NCBI RefSeq assembly: GCF_004010195.1
Contig: NC_057718.1
Span: 42,248,584-42,312,583 of the forward strand
Direction: 5' to 3'
DNA length: 64,000 nt
From: Chiloscyllium plagiosum
Lineage: Eukaryota
Shown here: positions 12,696-25,550 of the stretch, one piece after another
Position numbering within the stretch: position 1 is the stretch's first letter
How the letters are laid out: each line of letters opens with the position of its first letter
Position numbers and translations under genes: made by a program
Notes under the pieces: model-generated
The model's database searches: none
What the model was told of the DNA's origin: nothing
What the model saw: only the letters and a program-made list of their open reading frames with translations

Positions 12696-13350
12696 CACCA
12701 CCACCTATGCACTTCATCTTCACCTTTGGGGATTCCCTACACTCTGTCAGTGACATCCTGGATCCTGGCACCAGGTAGGCAACACACCATCCTCAAATCT
12801 CGCCCGTTGGCGCCAAAGCCCCTTTCAATCCCTCTCACTATAGAGTCCCGTATTACCATGGCTCTGCATGATGTCTGACTCCTCAGCTTTGCCTCCATGC
12901 CAATTTTCCTTTGGGAGACCTGTCTGCCTCTCGGATTGGCATTGTAGTCTAACTCAACAGTTTCCAAGAGATTCAACCTGTTCACCAGAGATTCAACCTG
13001 TTCACCAGGGGGTCTTTTGTACTTGAATCATCTCTTCCTTCCTCATTGTCATCTCCCTTCTTCTCTTTTCTGTTATGCTTGGTGTAATGACCTCGCTGAA
13101 GGTCCTGTGCAGAAAATTTTTGCTCTGTCGGATGAGCCTGAGATCACCTAGTTCTTTCTTCAGTGCTGCATCATGCTCATTTAGAAGCTGAATGTGTACA
13201 CACTTTCCACATCTATAGGAGCCAGAGACACCATCAGTGTCCCTGACCTCCCACATCATGCATGCAGCATACTGAATCAGCCTGGCAGTCATGTCTTCAC
13301 CCTCTTCAACTATAGCGTAATCTCCTCACTCAGCCTCTTCGCTGAAGATT
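12696..13350 (-). mobile_element. 5' remainder of the older CR1 (ORF1 N-terminus)
   Basis: CMMWE...YRCGKC zinc-finger-like start; VIRDSIVRG...VCCLPGARIQDV esterase block; joins 11202 in frame as VVVH|VGTND. Confidence 0.9.
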
Positions 13351-13816
13351 CCTAATTACGTTATCAAAGGTATTCTGAAAGGTGCTTTATATCGGCTACA
13401 TTTCCCCATTAGCCTGTTTCTCATTTTGTAAGAAATCCTTCAGGTTTGCCCATCATTCTAAATATTTTCGATTCATCCACACATTTAGCAATGGTTTAAT
13501 ATTCATTGCAAGCTTTTTGCAAGTGTAACACATGACTCATCTTCAAGATCCCAATGAAGATCTTGACCACCAGTTGGAAAACTAGCAAGATCCCCTTATG
13601 ACATCTCTTTTTGGAAAAGGCCACATCTTGTGTCCTCAGGCACTTAATCGGCCAGCAAAAGGTGTTTTTCCAGAATCAAGGTGCCCTGGAATCAGAAGTC
13701 TGCCTGCTGAGAATTGCTGGCCAATCAGAAGCCACAGCTTTGCTGTATTCAGCAGTGCCATCAGAGAGGTGGTGACTGCTGCTGGTATTAATCCCATCTG
13801 AAGTATTGGATAAGGT

Positions 13817-13908
13817 CAGAAGTTAGTTATAGACACCAGGTTATAATCCAATAGGTTTATTTGAAATCACAAGCTTTTGAAGTGTTGCCCCTTCATCAGT
13901 TGAAGTGA
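13817..13908 (-). mobile_element. Penelope-derived terminal fragment (same family as 26541)
   Basis: ACACCAGGTTATAATCCAATAGGTTTATTTG shared with 26594-26625; minus strand CTGATGAAGGGGCAACACTTCAAAAGCT. Confidence 0.7.
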
Positions 13909-15394
13909 ACGAGAGAGCCAGGTCACAGCTGAATAACGGTAAGAGGGTATCACAGAATGGGATCATGGGGGATAGATGATGGTCAGCAACAAGATCAGGT
14001 GTTGTTTCTCAGTGCCCACCTCTCCCCAATGCTGGGTGACTTACACAAGCACTAAGTGAATCACTCTCATGGAAGCCTACAAGTTTTTCTTGTCATACTC
14101 TATGCCAGTTGAGTCTGCTGCCAGCCACTGACTTCATGATTTAATTTAGTTTAATTTAGCCATTGGCCTCATATCCGATATAGTGGAATAAAGTACTTAA
14201 GTGGCTAATAATTGCCCACTTAGGTACTACAATCAACTTCTCCAATCCCACAAGCCATCACAAATATGTAATACAATGAAACCAACAAGATAATCAATTT
14301 GCCTAACTGACTGCTATTCAGGATTAAAGTAATTCACAGTCAATTATAATTGATAGGAAACTAACTATTTACTACAAACAAACCTATCCTTTAAAAAATG
14401 CCAAAAACCATTTGCAATTTACCACTATGTGACTTAAGCAAAACTCTTTTAAAAACATCACTCTTTCTCTCTCTCACACACAAACACTCACACACACAAA
14501 TTCATCCATTCACACATAAAATAGATAAAAAAATTGATACAAATATTATGGATGGAAGAAGTGTAGACAGGGAAAACAAATTCTATAGATGTAAAGTATA
14601 GACCATAAGAATTGAGTTATTTTTAACAGTTTTTAAAACTTCTTGCAGCGATGGTGACACGTGACCAGGACAATGGTCAATCTTCAATTTAGTAGCTGAT
14701 TGGGTGGATCTAGGTATTTTCTTGAATTAGAATTTTCCCTTTCGAGTCTGTAGATTTTTAGGGTTTTTTTTGCCACTCACAGAGAATGGTCAGCGCTCGT
14801 TCTTGTTTGATGACTTCTGGATGTTTCTGTTACTTCTGTTTGGACAGTCTAGAACTTGTGTTCATAGGGGTGAATTTTGCTGAAATTACCAGCACTACAT
14901 TGGATCACTTTCAGTTTCTGAGCCAATTAGAGATTGGAGTGAGGCACATGTCTGCCTTTTGCTGGAGGCGACAAAATAGTAAGGTGCCTCCGTGATATCT
15001 GGCCAAGTGTGATCTTTTGGAGTAATCATGAGGCAGGAGTTTGAAATGCCATTCATACTCCAACACGTGTCAATCCAGAAGGAACACAATTTCATTAACA
15101 TAGCAACTTGTTATGTTAGGGTTCAGTGCCATTTCCCTGAAGGTCTTGCAGAAGTAGTAAAAGCCGGTTGGAACATTTACTTCTAGAGAGTGGCAGGATG
15201 AAGACTATCCAGCAAAGGAAGAAGTTATGACTGTAGATCACCCAAAGATACTTACAGCAACTGGAGTGTGGTCAGCAGCTCCAATATAGGGGAACCTTAG
15301 TTACCTTCTGAGTTCGTGCAAGAAAAGTACCATCAAAATCCAAGCTGTCAGCCATGAAGATCTTAAAGGGACAGCACACCTCTGAATGGGAGTG

Positions 15395-15562
15395 CTGAAA
15401 ACAAAAATGTTGGACATCACAGCGGGTGAGGCAGCATCCGTGGAGAGAGAACAAGATAATGGTTCGAATCTAGTTGACTCTTTATCAGCTGCCTGGCCCT
15501 TTGTGATGTCCAACATTTGTTTTCAGCACTTATTCCAGCATCTGCAGCCATTTGCTCCTACG
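15395..15562. mobile_element. Penelope-derived fold-back insertion
   Basis: Arms AAATGTTGGACATCACA / TGTGATGTCCAACATTT; tail CCAGCATCTGCAG; 15-bp duplication CTCTGAA(TG/CA)GGAGTG at 15380-15394 and 15563-15577. Confidence 0.8.
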
Positions 15563-16539
15563 CTCTGAACAGGAGTGACTCAAAACAGCCAAGTGGATGT
15601 GTGTCTAATGTCAACCTTCAACCATTACAAAGACAGCAGCGTGAAATTTGGGAGGATGTTAGAGTTAGTCAACCAATGTGTGAATTGTGATGGTCAATGA
15701 TGGTTAACTGTTGCTGAATAATTCATTGCAGGAGAAAACAAAAAAAAAAGCATACACTTGTTGCAGGAGTGGTCCAGCAAGTGGAAAGACCAACCTGGAA
15801 ATATTAGCATCAGGGAGGGGAATATCCTTTCTCTTGAAAAGATGACCATAGTCCAATCAATCAGCAACTTTGAGATTAATGTCTATCAGAGAGTGTGAAG
15901 GTCTAATGAATATTTCCCAAATACACCTTGGAACTGTTTGTGTTGAATTATGTCTGATGAATTAGCTGCTGAAATAAAGGAGGGGAGTAATTGATACCTT
16001 TAATCTTATATGCAGCCAATATGCAGCTGATATGAAGGGAGTAAGTATCTCAAAGGATAATTTTACTCAAAAGAACTACTGTCACAGGAATCAAAGTCAT
16101 CCTTGACCCACATCTCTACATCCATCAGCACAATGTGACTGCTAGGCTTCTGGATTCACTGCTCTTCTCCACTGCTTAGGTTTAAGTAGGTGTCCCAACA
16201 TTCAAATATAGCGTCAGTCAGTAGGGCCTCAAATACTAAAATTTCCTTGCACCTTGATGAATGTGCAGTTTTGTAAGTCTTACAATCTAAGTCATGGTTC
16301 TGACTCTAGAGATTACCCATGGCAAGGTAATGGATATACATGAGGTCCTGATTGTTGACTTCCCTTTTCATAACAAGATAATGCCTTCACAATGCAGCAT
16401 CTCATCTGCTTAGACAGACAAAGGATTCTGTATGTCTGAAAATGTAGAAATGCTATCTCAAGCTACTTCTCAACTATCTACTTAATCAACTGAATAGCCT
16501 GTCGATCACTACTGCATAGACATTCATCTTCTCTAAGGA

Positions 16540-16737
16540 ATCACTTTCTGGAAAATCACTCAGAGGTGAGCTATCTAAAGAGAGAAGAATTAATGTTTCA
16601 GGCTTCTTTCAAGGTCACAAACCTGAAATATTAAATCATTAATTCTATCTTTGTCTTTCTACACTGATACTGCTTTCCATGCTTGGTTTTTGTTTACACT
16701 TTCTGCTTTATCTCAGATTTCCAGTATTTTGCTTTTC
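16540..16737. mobile_element. Highly decayed Penelope-derived fold-back
   Basis: TTAATGTTTCAGG / CCTGAAATATTAA inverted pair; end TCAGATTTCCAG..TTTTGCTTTT resembles the other copies. Confidence 0.5.
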
Positions 16738-16937
16738 AATGAATGGAAGGAACAGATGGGGATAAACTGGTAATGGTCGAGTTGATGTCAAAATTCAGGC
16801 ACAATCATTACTTATTGGGGGCATAGTGAGAGGTGATGGATGGCCTATTTCTGCTTCTATTTCTTAATTACATTGCAGCATTTACCATTAAAACAATTCA
16901 ATAAAATGGTTTGACAGATTTTGACCCAAAAGCTGTA

Positions 16938-17285
16938 TCATAGAATCATAGAATCCCTACAGTGTAGAAGCAGGGCACTTGATACATCGAGTCACACTGC
17001 CCCTGCATAGAGTATCCCACCCAGAACCACCCCTCCACCCTATCCCTGTAACCCTGAATATCCCATGGCTAATCCACCAAGCCAGCATAATCCTGAGCAG
17101 TCTGGACAGTTTAGCATGGCCAGTCCAACTAACCTCCACAACTTTGAACTATGGAAAGTAATCGGAGCATCCAGAGGTAACCCATGCAGATATGGAGAGA
17201 ACATGCAAACTCCACAAAGACAGTCACCTGAGGCTGAAATCGAACCTGTGAGGCAGCAGTGCTAACTGCTAAGCCACCATGCCGT
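16938..17285 (-). mobile_element. HE1-like V-SINE, diverged
   Basis: Minus strand CGGCATGGTGGCTTAGCAGTTAGCACTGCTGCCTCACAG head; TGTGGAGTTTGCATGTTCTC core; tail seen as ATCATAGAATCATAGAAT on the plus strand. Confidence 0.9.
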
Positions 17286-17383
17286 GTACAGTAAATAAAA
17301 TTTGTAAGTTGTTTAAAAGGTTTGTGGAATCTGAAATAATTTTACAGAATGCTTGAAAAGTTTTTTCAAATATTTGCATTAAT

Positions 17384-18188
17384 TGTAAGGGAATTAATTG
17401 TACCTTTACTGGATAATAATAAAAAAATGATCCTTATTACCCTTTACCAGGCAGCAGTACTAATAAGAATGATGTTAAGTTATGGATAGACACAAAGGAG
17501 AGCAGTAAGCAAAGGAGCTAGAGAGTAAAGGACAATGTGCAAATTACAAGACCAAGCTCATAGGGCAAATACCCAACAAAATCTGTAAGGAGAAGAAGCA
17601 AACTGCTCTCTAGGTTTACTACTTGACAGGAAAAGGAATTGGCAGCTCTTACAGGCAATGTGTGAGTTGGTTAACTGTGATCTATAAAACATGGAAAGTT
17701 ATGTGAATAGTTTGGAGATGCTAAAGTTATGTGTGGTTTCACAGAAATGACCAGATCATAACCCAAGTAGTTATTAATTAGTCAGTTAAAAAGGAAACAT
17801 GTTTAATTAGTCAGTTAAAAAGGAAAAAGCCAAATCATCAGGCCTACTGTGATCTGAGGGAGAGAGGATTCATAGAATTTTGCTTTGGTGATGACAATCA
17901 TAACTATGAAACGTGGAGGTGAAAGCTGTTGTCAGATAGGACTTCTAATCTACTCTGAATGAATAAAAAGTAGCATATTGGTATGTAGAAAAGTGTAGCT
18001 ATCTAATGCCATGCAAACTGAAGGGGAATTGTTGTTATTGTACAAGATGTACCTTGGTTGATTTGAACTATTATTTGCCTATTAATTCATGTGTTGGCTT
18101 GGAGTCATGTCCAAGTAAGTGAAATATTATTGGTAATTTCTTAATTTGGGAGTAATTTGGTTTATGGTTCTCACATGGCATTGTAACA
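17384..18188 (+). mobile_element. Possible old solo LTR
   Basis: TGTAA start and TGTAACA end; no TSD confirmed; internal tandem duplication (24-bp unit, 29-bp period) at 17774-17826. Confidence 0.25.
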
Positions 18189-19879
18189 AACTCCCCTTAG
18201 AAATAGAAGAACTGGTTTGTATCCAGAGACAATTTTCTTCATACATTGTTTTAAATAACTGTATCAAAGGTAAGAGTAAAAGAGGACAGGAAAAGCAACT
18301 AATCTATACATGATACTATAAACTTTCAGCACATGAGATACAATTTAATGTGAGCTAATGGCAAGTCAGATACATTAGTTTCAGCATAAGACCATCATCT
18401 AAAATTGTAGATACTCTGCTACACTACTTGAAGGACAAAAGATTGCAATCACACTTTAACTCATCTTCCAGATGCACAAAACTCCAAAGAAGCACATTAA
18501 AGTGATAAGAGATAGCCAGTCAAAATCAGAGTTTTATGGCAGTGGTTTTGCCTGGACGATGCCAACAATTACAAGATGGACGGAGCTTTGAGGAATAATG
18601 CAAAGTTGTCTGTTGAAAGCATATTTCATCCCAATCAACATGTAGAAGTACAATTATCCATAACCAAAGCTTGCTTCACAGCTGTAAAGTTCAGCTGTAA
18701 TGATCCCTGCACATTGCACTTGCACATCAATTATGATAATCATAATCACGGTCGTTAAGCTGAATGTTCATTACTGTCAGGATGCCACTGACAGCAGTTT
18801 CAATCATCAGCTGCAATGGGCAAGCAGTTGCAGTTGCACCTATGTATCTGCACCCAAGGTTTTGCAACATTAAATCCATGATCTGTTCTACTTCCCACTC
18901 TATTTTACAACTATTGAGGAAGAAAAGTTGACTTTATGTTCTATATAATGTACTAAGATAGTTTCCTACTGATTTGTTTTAATGCTTTTTCCTCAGTGAA
19001 TGATTAACTGAAATCTTTAAATCTGCTTTGCTCCACTATTACTTTTTAACAGCATAATTTTAGAGTTTAGTATGAAAATATGCTCACAATGTAATATTGC
19101 CTTTGAAATAAAACTGTTTTCAGAACTTTGTATTTTTTGCAGAGGAGACTATACTGTATGGCTACAAATTTATTTATTGATGTCACTGTCCTTTGCTAAT
19201 TCCAGTTTTAGGCATTCACAAGCCAGAGCCATCAGGAAAGATGCAAAGTTAACAGCAGCAATAAATAAACTACAGAGAATGAATACAATTTGATTTAATT
19301 ATTCTAAAATGAATTTTTTTGGAAGCATGAAATTAATATGTAGCTGGGGGTGCTGCAATTTAAATTAGTTAATTGTCACATTAAGCGTTTAACTCCAACT
19401 AATTCAATAGTTTTAGTGCACAAGTTTCTAGTCATATTTTGTATCATTGTGGTCACAAATCTATTGCTTTTACATTATTTTTGATTTTATGACAAGTAGG
19501 ATAATGTTAACAAGAGAAACTTTCAGACAAGATCCAAAACAATGATTATGGAAAATTAGTTTGAATCTTTAAATTAATCAATGGAATTTTACAAAAAATA
19601 TTCAATATTGTTTGTGAATTAACATTTTATATGTACCCTGATCAATCTTAGAAGTTATGATGTTTATTTAATGTACCAACTGGAATAGACTTTTTAATAT
19701 GCAATGTATTATAGCAGTCTTCCATTGTTTTAACCTCTAAAGACTCCTAGCAGCTGCTTATTTATACAAATATTGAAGATCACAGATATATTAGATTTTG
19801 GATTTGACATAAGAAGATAGCTTTGATCAACTTAAGTATGTCATATATAGTAAAATTCCAAGCAACTTCAAAACAGTGT

Positions 19880-20492
19880 AGCATAATTGTCAAAGATATG
19901 GCAAAATATGTACTTGGATTTATATTTTGATCTGTGCCAAGTACAAGAACAAGGTGATTATGCTCAACTTCTGTAAGATCCTAGTTACATGTTTGCTGAA
20001 ATATTGTGTAACCTGTCCCCACTACATTTCAGGAGGGACGTAAATGCATTGGAGATAGTACAGAAGATGTTGGCAACAATGGCTCCAGGGATGAGAAACT
20101 TTGGTTATGAAGACAGATTCAAGAAGTTTGAATGTTTTTTCTTGGAGAAGAGAAAACTTAGAGGAGATTGATAAGATTTTCAAAATCATTAGGGGCTGGG
20201 CAGGTGGATAAATTGTTCCCACTTATAAAAGGATTAAGAACAAGAGGGCACAAACTTAATTTAATTTTCAAAAGAAATAAATGCAATTTTAGAAACATTT
20301 TTGCAGATAGTCACTATTTAGGGTCTGGAATGCATTACCTGCTGGTGTGACGGAGGCAGGCATTATTGAGGTAATCAACAGGGTATTAGATATTTATTTG
20401 AAAGAAACAATGTGTTGGTTACATTGAACTAGAATAGACACAATTCGTTGAATGGCTTCCAACTGGACCCACAACAATTTTATAATTCTGTG
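19880..20492 (+). mobile_element. Old CR1 3' fragment
   Basis: RDVNALEIVQK...LEKRKLRGD and RTRGHKL remnants. Confidence 0.8.
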
Positions 20493-20831
20493 TGTAAGTT
20501 TATAACAAGAAAAATAGGTGCAAGTAAATAGAGAAACAAGGTTTACTAAAGAAATAGTAACTCAAATGAAGTAATGTTGTTTTTGGCAGATATTGGCTAT
20601 TTAAATATTCATTCAAAATTCAAAAACTACGCTCATTTTTCCTGCTCGGAAATGAATACTTGTGGGTTGAATGTCCACTCCTCATCTTTCCATACAATTC
20701 TTCAGCTATTCTTCAAAGGTTTTGTGGACCCTTTAATTTTATGAGTCAGATATATGTCAGGAATATTAATTTAGGATCAATCAAACTGTTTGAGAAACAT
20801 CATTCCCACTACTAAATAATGAAGATGTAGT

Positions 20832-21150
20832 GGGCTGCACGGTGGCACAGTGGCACAGTGGTTAGCACTGTTGCCTCACAGGCCAGAGACCCGGGTTCAA
20901 TTCCCGCCTCAGGCGACTGACTGTGTGGAGTTTGCACATTCTCCCCGTGTCTGCGTGGGTTTCCTCCGGGTGCTCCGGTTTCCTCCCACAGTCCAAAGAT
21001 GTGCAGGGTCAGGTGAATTGGCCATGCTAAATTGCCCGTAGTGTTAGGTAAGGGGTAAATGTAGGGGTATGGGTGGGTTGCGCTTCGGCGGGTCGGTGTG
21101 GACTTGTTGGGCCGAAGGGCCTGTTTCCACATTGTAATGTAATCTAATCT
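20832..21150 (+). mobile_element. Full-length young HE1-type V-SINE
   Basis: A box GTGGCACAGTGG (8-nt duplication), B box GGTTCAATTCC, V core, CR1-like tail GGCCGAAGGGCCTGTTTCC, (TAATC)n end; CpGs retained; TAGTG on both sides. Confidence 0.96.
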
Positions 21151-21635
21151 AGTGAGTGAAAGGAACGCACATACATTGTAATTGGCTGTATTTGTTCAAT
21201 ATATCAAAAACAGGTATTAAACTAAATGAGACTTCAAATGGAATGTACACATTTTATTTTCATTCCTTAAGGAAACGATTTTTTCAAATGTTGTACTCAA
21301 GTCAAAAATTGGTAAACATTATCATTGTTGATTTTGCTAATGTTGGAGTTGTTCTGAGATGGATAAACTCACCTTCAGGATATCAGCCTTTAACACTTTT
21401 CTCATGGTTTCAAAACAATGCATATTGCAAATAGGTAACTATTCTTAATAAACAAAGAACATCTTAAATAGCACAAAATCATTTACAGATTTTGAAAAGT
21501 TACATTCACATTGAATATAAACAACTATCGCTTTATATTTTCATTGATTATAGGTTATGAAGAACTAATAGGCAATTACTATTAAATCATTGAGAAACAT
21601 GAAGCGTCAATTATACTGTTTTATTGCTTGCCTAC

Positions 21636-21768
21636 CTTTTTCTTGCTTGGCATATCTTCAGTTGCTCTAAAGTGCTTAGTTCCATAAGCAATAGGTTCAT
21701 ACTTGGTGCTGGTATGAAGAAGTGGCTCGTACGTTCTGTATCTATTTGTATTGCTGAATGGCAGGAAT
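21636..21768 (-). other. Candidate internal exon (133 nt), unknown transcript
   Basis: Minus strand ttttctcacaaatcctgtttag|ATTCC...AAAAAG|gtaggc; non-repetitive; two frames open; peptide not recognised. Confidence 0.3.
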
Positions 21769-22374
21769 CTAAACAGGATTTGTGAGAAAAGGAATATTGA
21801 ACATATGTAAAACATTCAGAGTTGAAAACTGTCATTGTATTTTCATAGATAACAGATGTTACTTCCTGAAGATGGCAAACTGTTACAATTTGGAGTACCA
21901 ATGTATGCATCAATGAATGGTGGGATGTGGGTTTTACTGCTATTTGAAATATTAATTATGCCCAAACAAGTATTGAAAATCATGTCCACTTCATACCGAT
22001 CAGGTACTAATTCAGACAGGGGATAATGAAAACCTGGAAGCAGATTTTACACCTGTCCATTCTTTTGGTTTCAACTGATATTTAGCTCATAGAAGCCACT
22101 CAAAGTGATAAAAATCCTCAGTTATTTTCTTAAATCATTGTTTAATGTTTTAATTTCCAAAACAAGCATCCCAAATCCAATATGCATGACTACAAACAAA
22201 ATCATTACCCCATCCCCTCCCATGAGAATAATCATTATTTTAGATGTATTCTTGGAAGTTAAGCAACAAATTCAGTTCAGAAAATGTTATTTTAAAGGAT
22301 ACAATTTCATCTCAATACAAGGGGTATGTTACATGTGATTACAATGCTCGTTTTTTTTGCCACAACTTGTGATG

Positions 22375-23735
22375 AAGGGAAAAAAGACTGCAAGAATTTC
22401 TGTAGATATGTAAAAAGGAAATGTTTGGCGAAAATGAATGTAGATTCATAATTGGCAGAGTCAGAAGAGTTTATAATGGGAAACAAAAATGGCAGGGAGG
22501 CTTTACTGAAGAAGATACTAAAACATTCCCAGAAGTATGGATCCAAGTGGCTAGAGAGAATGAAGAATTGAAGGAAATTAGCATCAGTAAGAAGATTGAC
22601 ATTCGGAAATTGATGGGGCTGAAATTTGATAAATCTCAAGGACCTGATAATCTATGTCTTAGAAGTGGAAAGAGATTGTTCTACAACAATTGATGCATTG
22701 GTGGTTATCTTCCAGAATTCGATAGATTCTTGAAAATGTAAGAGTATATAGGGACCTGGGCGTCCTTGTCGATAAGTCCCTGAAGGCTAACATGCAGGTG
22801 CAGCAAGCTATTCAGAAGGCTAATGCAATTTTAATATTTATTGCAAGAGGATTTGCTTTCAAAAGTAGAAAGTTTTGCTTTAATTGTATAGGAGCTTGGT
22901 TAGATTGTACCTGGAGTACTCTGTGCAGCTTTGATCTCTTTATCTGAGCAAAAATATCATTGCCATAAGGAGAGTGCATTATAGGTTTGTCAAACCTGTA
23001 CCTGGGATGATGGATCTGTCCTATAAATACAGGTAAAACAGGCCTGTATTTTGGCGCTTTGAAGAATGAGAGGTGACCTCATTGAAACCTCCAAAACACT
23101 AAAAGGAATAGTGTAGATGCAAGTAAGGTGTTTCTGTTGATTGGTGGTCCACAACCAGAGATCATAATTTAAGAATAAAGGGAACGCTATTTAGCTACTA
23201 AATGAGAAGAACTGTTTTACTCAGAAGGTTGTGATTTTTAAAAAACTCTCTACCACAGACAGCTGCAAAAGTTCAGACTTTGAGTATGTGCATTGTAGAG
23301 ATTGATAGATTTCTAATTATGAGTCAAAAAGTGTAGTGCTGGAAAAGCACAGCCGGTCAGGCAGCATCCAAGAAGAATGAGACTTGATGTTTTGAGCATA
23401 ACCTTTTTATCAGGAATGTCTCGGATGCTGCCTAATCGGCTGTGCTTTTCCAGCATCCAAGAAGCATGAGTCAATGTTTCAAGCATAAGCTCTTCATCAG
23501 GAATGTCTCGGATGCTGCCTGACCATGCTGTGCTTTTTTAGCATCACATTTCTTGACTCTGTTCTCTAGCATCTGCAGTCCTCATTTTTTTCTAATTACG
23601 AGTGCAACACTTGTAATTAGAAGAATTATGAAGATGGGGTAGGTAAAAGACATTGAAGTATTCAATAAGTCACACTTGTGGTTAATGGCGAGGAAATTTT
23701 GATGAACTGAATGGTTTACTTCTGTGCCTATTTTC
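22375..23735 (+). mobile_element. Old internally deleted CR1, interrupted at 23325-23588
   Basis: KLMGLKFDKSQGPD; GACCTGGGCGTCCTTGT; CTGGAGTACT; GAGAGGTGACCTCATTGAA. Confidence 0.8.
23325..23588. mobile_element. Penelope-derived fold-back with internal tandem duplication
   Basis: Arms GCTGGAAAAGCACAGC / GCTGTGCTTTTCCAGC; ~90-nt unit duplicated; minus strand CTGATGA-AGAGC-TTAT-GCTT-GAAA at 23471-23503; flanks TTTCTAATTA(T/C)GAGT. Confidence 0.85.
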
Positions 23736-24497
23736 CTCAAGATTTGCATCAAATCTTACCATTGGAAATATGGATATGTACATATATATAAATAAAATTA
23801 GATTGATAGTTATTTTCTCACATCAGCAGTAACTGAGAAACTGTCACCATAATTTTCAAAGACATTCTTTCTTTTAATTGTTTGTTACAGCAAACAAACT
23901 CACATGCATATGCAACTTGTACATGCAATATTCAGATAATCTGTCCAACGCAAATAAAATTTAGAGCATACACTACATTAGGGATGCTCAGTTGGAGATT
24001 CATCGCTCCTCAGAAGTAAATGAGCAGGTTTCAAGGATCTGCCACAAACAAGCACTGAGCAATACTTTCCCCAGAGGTGTTAAATCAATATAATTTATAA
24101 TTAGTAATATAAACAAATAAGCACTGAAGTTAGTGTTGCACTGAATGTGAGAAAAAAACAACAAAACCCTTGTGATTTCATAAAGGTTTGAAAAAGGAAG
24201 TAGCAGTCAGAAATGGAATGATTCACATGAGCAAAATGTGAATTGAATGTGAAAGGATAGGATCAACAAATATTTTGGGACATACTTAGTCCTCTGAGTG
24301 GTTGAAACTTGAGCTTTTTCTAGCTGGAGATATAGTGCATCAAATCTGAATGTTATTCAGGTTCCCAGCAGCAGATCAGAGGAAAGTGAAGTAGACTTGT
24401 TGGGAGCAAAGCACCATCCAGGCATTATGATGTTCAGACATATCGAGCTTCTTCAAAACTATTTATACAATTTCTTTTGGAGGTAGGATTGATTATG

Positions 24498-24800
24498 TGC
24501 ACGGTGGCTCAGTGGTTAGCAATGCTGCCTCACAGCACCAGGGTCCCAGGTTCAATTCCAGCCTCAGGTAGCTGTCTGTGTGGAGATTGCACATTCTCCC
24601 TGTGGGTTTCCTCCGAGTGCTCTGGTTTCCTCCCACAGTCCAAAGATGTGCAGGTCAGGTGAATTGGCCATGCTAAGTTGCCCATAGTGTTAAATGCATT
24701 AGTCGGACGGAAATGTGTCTGAGTGGGTTACTCTTCAGAGGGTTGGTGTGGACTGGTTGGGCTGAAGGACCTGTTCCCACACTGTAGCGAATCTAATCAA
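24498..24800 (+). mobile_element. HE1-type V-SINE
   Basis: GCACGGTGGCTCAGTGGTTAGC head, GGTTCAATTCC B box, V core, tail ending AATCTAATC. Confidence 0.94.
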
Positions 24801-24876
24801 ACACATTCCAAACTCAGTTAGACCTCTGCTTCATTGAATTTGAATGGAATTGATAGAATGCTAACTGGAATCTCAC

Positions 24877-25078
24877 CGGTTGGAAGTTCATTTACTTTGC
24901 TGTTGAGCACCACAATATACAATGAAAGAAGAGATTTGCTAGCTGTCCTGTCCTGACTGGGAGCAGCAATGCATTCCAGGCTACAGGAGTTGGCATATTG
25001 ATACTGCATTTTGATTTTGCCCAGACATAACGATTTGGACACAAACTAATGTAGCAAACCTTTTCTACTAACTTATAC
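24877..25078 (-). other. Candidate exon (202 nt; alternative end 24896), unknown transcript
   Basis: Very strong minus-strand acceptor ttgttttttttcttttacag|GTAT; donor CCG|gtgaga; non-repetitive; peptide not recognised. Confidence 0.3.
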
Positions 25079-25550
25079 CTGTAAAAGAAAAAAAACAAAT
25101 AATTCTACCTTAACTATAAAAATTAAAAATAAAAAATTCATTGATTTAAGGGAAAGAATATTAGGATTAAGAAAATCAGCAACTGGGCACTTACTAGTCA
25201 GACAGAGTATGTCAATAGACCTGTTTGACAATTCCAATCTCAGGAGAAAATCCCTCTACTAAATCCTATCTATTTCCCCAAACTCATGGTGGAACAATCT
25301 GCTGTACACTTGTCACCTACAAGCCCCTTTAGTAAAGCTAAAATGCCATCCCCTAATCCATTAAATATTTAAACAGCTGAATCCCTTAGTTCAATGAAAT
25401 GCTGCTGATGACAATTTAGAACTATGGAAATGTTATGCCCCAAAGAGGCCATTGCTGAAGAAACTAGCTGCCCATTCTATTCCCACTTCCTAGCACCTGG
25501 TCTACTTTCTTGCCAGGTTACAGTTCAGGTGCAGATCCAATCTGCTTTTA

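Noticed and set aside
12967..13006. 20-bp perfect tandem duplication (and a 29-bp-period one at 17774-17826)
   Set aside because: Ordinary slippage duplications inside old repeats; not CRISPR-like (two units, no spacer array, eukaryotic context)
20832..20910. tRNA gene-like A/B boxes (also at 24498 and 5840)
   Set aside because: They continue into SINE cores and tails, so they are SINE heads rather than tRNA genes
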